A stretch of 64,000 nucleotides of DNA from Botryllus schlosseri (taxonomy: Eukaryota): positions 34,350,001 through 34,414,000 of the forward strand of contig CM119372.1 in NCBI GenBank assembly GCA_051294905.1, written 5' to 3'. The notes under the pieces are model-generated. The model was not told the origin of the DNA, did not search any database, and was given only the letters and a program-made list of their open reading frames with translations. The translations under genes and the position numbers were made by a program. Positions 61,231 through 64,000 of this stretch are shown here, piece by piece. The first letter of the stretch is position 1; every line of letters starts with the position of its first letter.

Positions 61231-64000
61231 TTTAGTGACTGATTATTGTGACGACATTTACTTTGACGAATGGCAATGGAAAAATGTCCAATTTCTCTGA
61301 TCGTGTGCGTTGCACAAATAGTTCTAGTATGTAATCAGTGAACGTCATGTAAATTGACAACGACTCTCAGTAGTTTGGTTAGATGATGGAGGTTCAAATC
61401 GATATCGCTACTACGAACAGCAATACAAACTCATTTTTGTAGATTTCAGTGTAGCGCACATTTCGATTTTATTAATGCTGAGAGGTTTCTGTATTACTCA
61501 AGTATAGTTGAATAGGTGGTGCCTGGCAAACATATTCCAATTTACTTTTGTAATGATCAAAGTGAGTGTGAAATGATGCGAACGGATTAAGCATTAATCA
61601 AATGGTGGTATGTCAATTCACCTAGTGTGATATCTTGACACCAGGTAATGCGCGAAAGTGTTTCAATTCTCACCGACAATAAAGTATTGCACCGGTTATT
61701 GTTCAACAAAGGAAATTGTTGTTTCATCTTTAGTCTTGTTTACTGCAGACAATTACATTTGTAAAATATTTCCTGATATCCACAATACTCTGCGTGGTTT
61801 GTACCAAGGCTGAATAATTTTCCAATCGAGAACATTTTAGACACACATAGTTTACAACTCAATATGTTAATAACAATGGTACTGAAAAGTTTGTTGCTGT
61901 CACAATAATCTTTACCACAACGCCGGGTCTAATTAACGCAAATAATTTAATAGTCAAGTCATGATCAACTATTACATATGTCAAATCAATGTGTCAATCC
62001 TTATGTTTACATCATGATAATTTTCAATATAACACCTGCGTTCGATTGTAAGAAATGAATTCTCAACATGTTGGGCAGACATTCAAATCTCGCATACTCA
62101 AACATATTATGTTAATCTCAAGTCGCGGGCACCGAGAAGTAATTACTTTTATCTTACAAAATATACCGCATAGTAATTTCTTTGTCTTACAGAATAGTAA
62201 CGACTTTTCAAGTTGAATAAAAAAGACGTGTAGGGATATGAATACAACCAGGCTTGTTATGGATTTTAGGTTTTAGTGCTTGTATGGATTCGTGTATGTT
62301 TGGCTGTTTTTCATATTGATACTGTTGAGTTGGTCGGTTAACGGATTTACTTGACAATGTTTTCGTGGTTGATTCTTTGAATATGGTAAGATGGTCAGAT
62401 GTCGAGTCGTATTACTATTTCCGTTAACTCAATTACAACAAAACATAACCAGCATTCAAATAATCCGTAAGCTACAAGTGGATTTAAAACTTGATGCTGT
62501 TTTGTGGTTAACTCAAGTCAGTGGTCATATTTGTGTTGATTTCAGGAATGATCATGACGAGTTGGTCGGGTAAATTAGTGGTAGTAACTATGACCGTGCA
62601 GAGTTGCTGACATTCAAACATCTTTTACGCTGTAATATACGTATTTTATTGTGATAAATTATTTCTCAGTTATTGTTCAGACATTCAAATCTCGTATACT
62701 CAAAATATAATATGTTTATGTCAAGTCATTTATGTGTCGATTAGTAAATAGCTTACTTTGTCTTCAGAATAGTAACGACCTTTACAATTGAATAAAAAAG
62801 ACCGATCATATGAATACAACCAGAATGAATTAATTCAAATTTGTGAGTTGCAGTGGTATAATCAAGTAAGTGAAAACTAGATTTTGAACACTTGTTAATG
62901 TTGTAAATAATTCTTTTGAGTATGGTAAGATGTTAAAAATGTCGCTTTGACAAACGAAAAGTCGGATCGCGAATAGAGTTGCAATGTTCCATTACTTGTT
63001 TCGAATCAATGTGTGTATAATATCAATATGGGACTGTGGGAAAGTTGATAGCCATGTTTGTCAATCCTATTTCAATTCACACTACACCAAAGTCAAAATA
63101 TTTCGTTTCGGATTATCTCAATTTACCTAGTACATCCCGCGAATGGATTCCGACCCATGCTATAACTAGATCGCTATGTCTGATGCATTATCCCGTCAGC
63201 GACGTAGGGCTTTACAATTATTTCACACCTTTTCGAATAAGCGTCAACTTCGCAAAGGATTAGGGTGGGATCAGAAATAAGTGAGAATTTGTCGGTATTC
63301 GAATCATCGTCTGTGACGGCTCTGTTATCCGTTACTTATTAAATTTTACCAGTGAAATCCAGTTCCTGTGACATACCAATTATCAAAATATTACATTGTG
63401 GCGATTGGAATGTATGTAACAACAAGTTGGTGAGGGCTGGCTATGTCTTAGGTGTTATCTCGTGAGTGATCGTGGGATTTGCAACCTATTTCGCACCTTT
63501 TTGAAGGGTTAGTTTGTGAACGCGGCTATTGTTGGTATCGCCGTCTACGCGGGTTCTGTGGTAAACTAATTACCAAAATATTACATTGTCAACGATCGGC
63601 ATGTATGTAACAGCGAGTCGCGAGCGATGGTTATGTCTTAGGTATTATCTTGTGAGTGATCACTGGATTTTACCAATATTTCACACCTTTTTGAAGTGTT
63701 AGTTTGCGAACGCGACTATTGTTGATATTCGAATCACCGTCTACGCCGGCTCTGGGGTAATCTAATTACTCAAACATTACCATGAGAGTAATTCCTAGAC
63801 TTAGCAAACTATTTCACACCTTTTTTGCTGAAAGTACGACATGCCGCCCGCAGTCTATAAACGAAATTACGAATCACTACCGCATCCATAAGACACAATA
63901 GCCGCATGCCACCCCCGCCATAAGACGCAATAGCCGTATGCCACCTCCGCGATAAGACATAAGAGCCGCTTGCGACCGATCCCTATGCTGAAAAGGGTTA
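61231..64000 (-). repeat. Right terminal inverted repeat (runs off the window)
   Basis: Mirror of 55071-57840; duplicated ORFs 55808-56035/63036-63263 and 56498-56680/62391-62573. Confidence 0.97.

Larger units (their letters stand above)
54837..64000. mobile_element. Polinton/Maverick-like non-autonomous element with 3-kb TIRs (right end predicted about 234 bp beyond the window)
   Basis: Begins AGTAGTAGTAGTTATG exactly where the P transposase frame stops; GC-rich subterminal repeats; long near-perfect inverted repeat. Confidence 0.7.

Overview
Eukaryotic, AT-rich, transposon-dense invertebrate DNA (short GT-AG introns; a tunicate-like genome is my inference, not proven). I reconstructed by hand a complete 9-exon minus-strand class A (rhodopsin-like) GPCR gene (11564-38816, 369 aa). 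Its introns and the flanking DNA are filled with nested hAT MITEs, many with intact 8-bp target-site duplications, plus Chapaev3, EnSpm/CACTA-like and piggyBac-like non-autonomous elements. A second minus-strand gene, encoding a synaptotagmin-like C2-domain protein, looks pseudogenised, and its large exon is cut at 53063 by a nested stack. The stack consists of a P-element/THAP9-like transposon, an internally deleted copy of the same element inside it, and then a roughly 9.4-kb Polinton/Maverick-like element inside that. The Polinton-like element starts AGTAGTAGTAG at 54837 and has very long (3004 bp), near-identical terminal inverted repeats around a 3390-bp core. The core holds a 40-41 bp tandem array and small unassigned ORFs, with no recognisable polymerase, integrase or capsid gene. 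A 35-bp palindrome with an 8-bp TSD at 48622-48656 looks like a P-transposase excision footprint. All assignments are by eye, without database searches.
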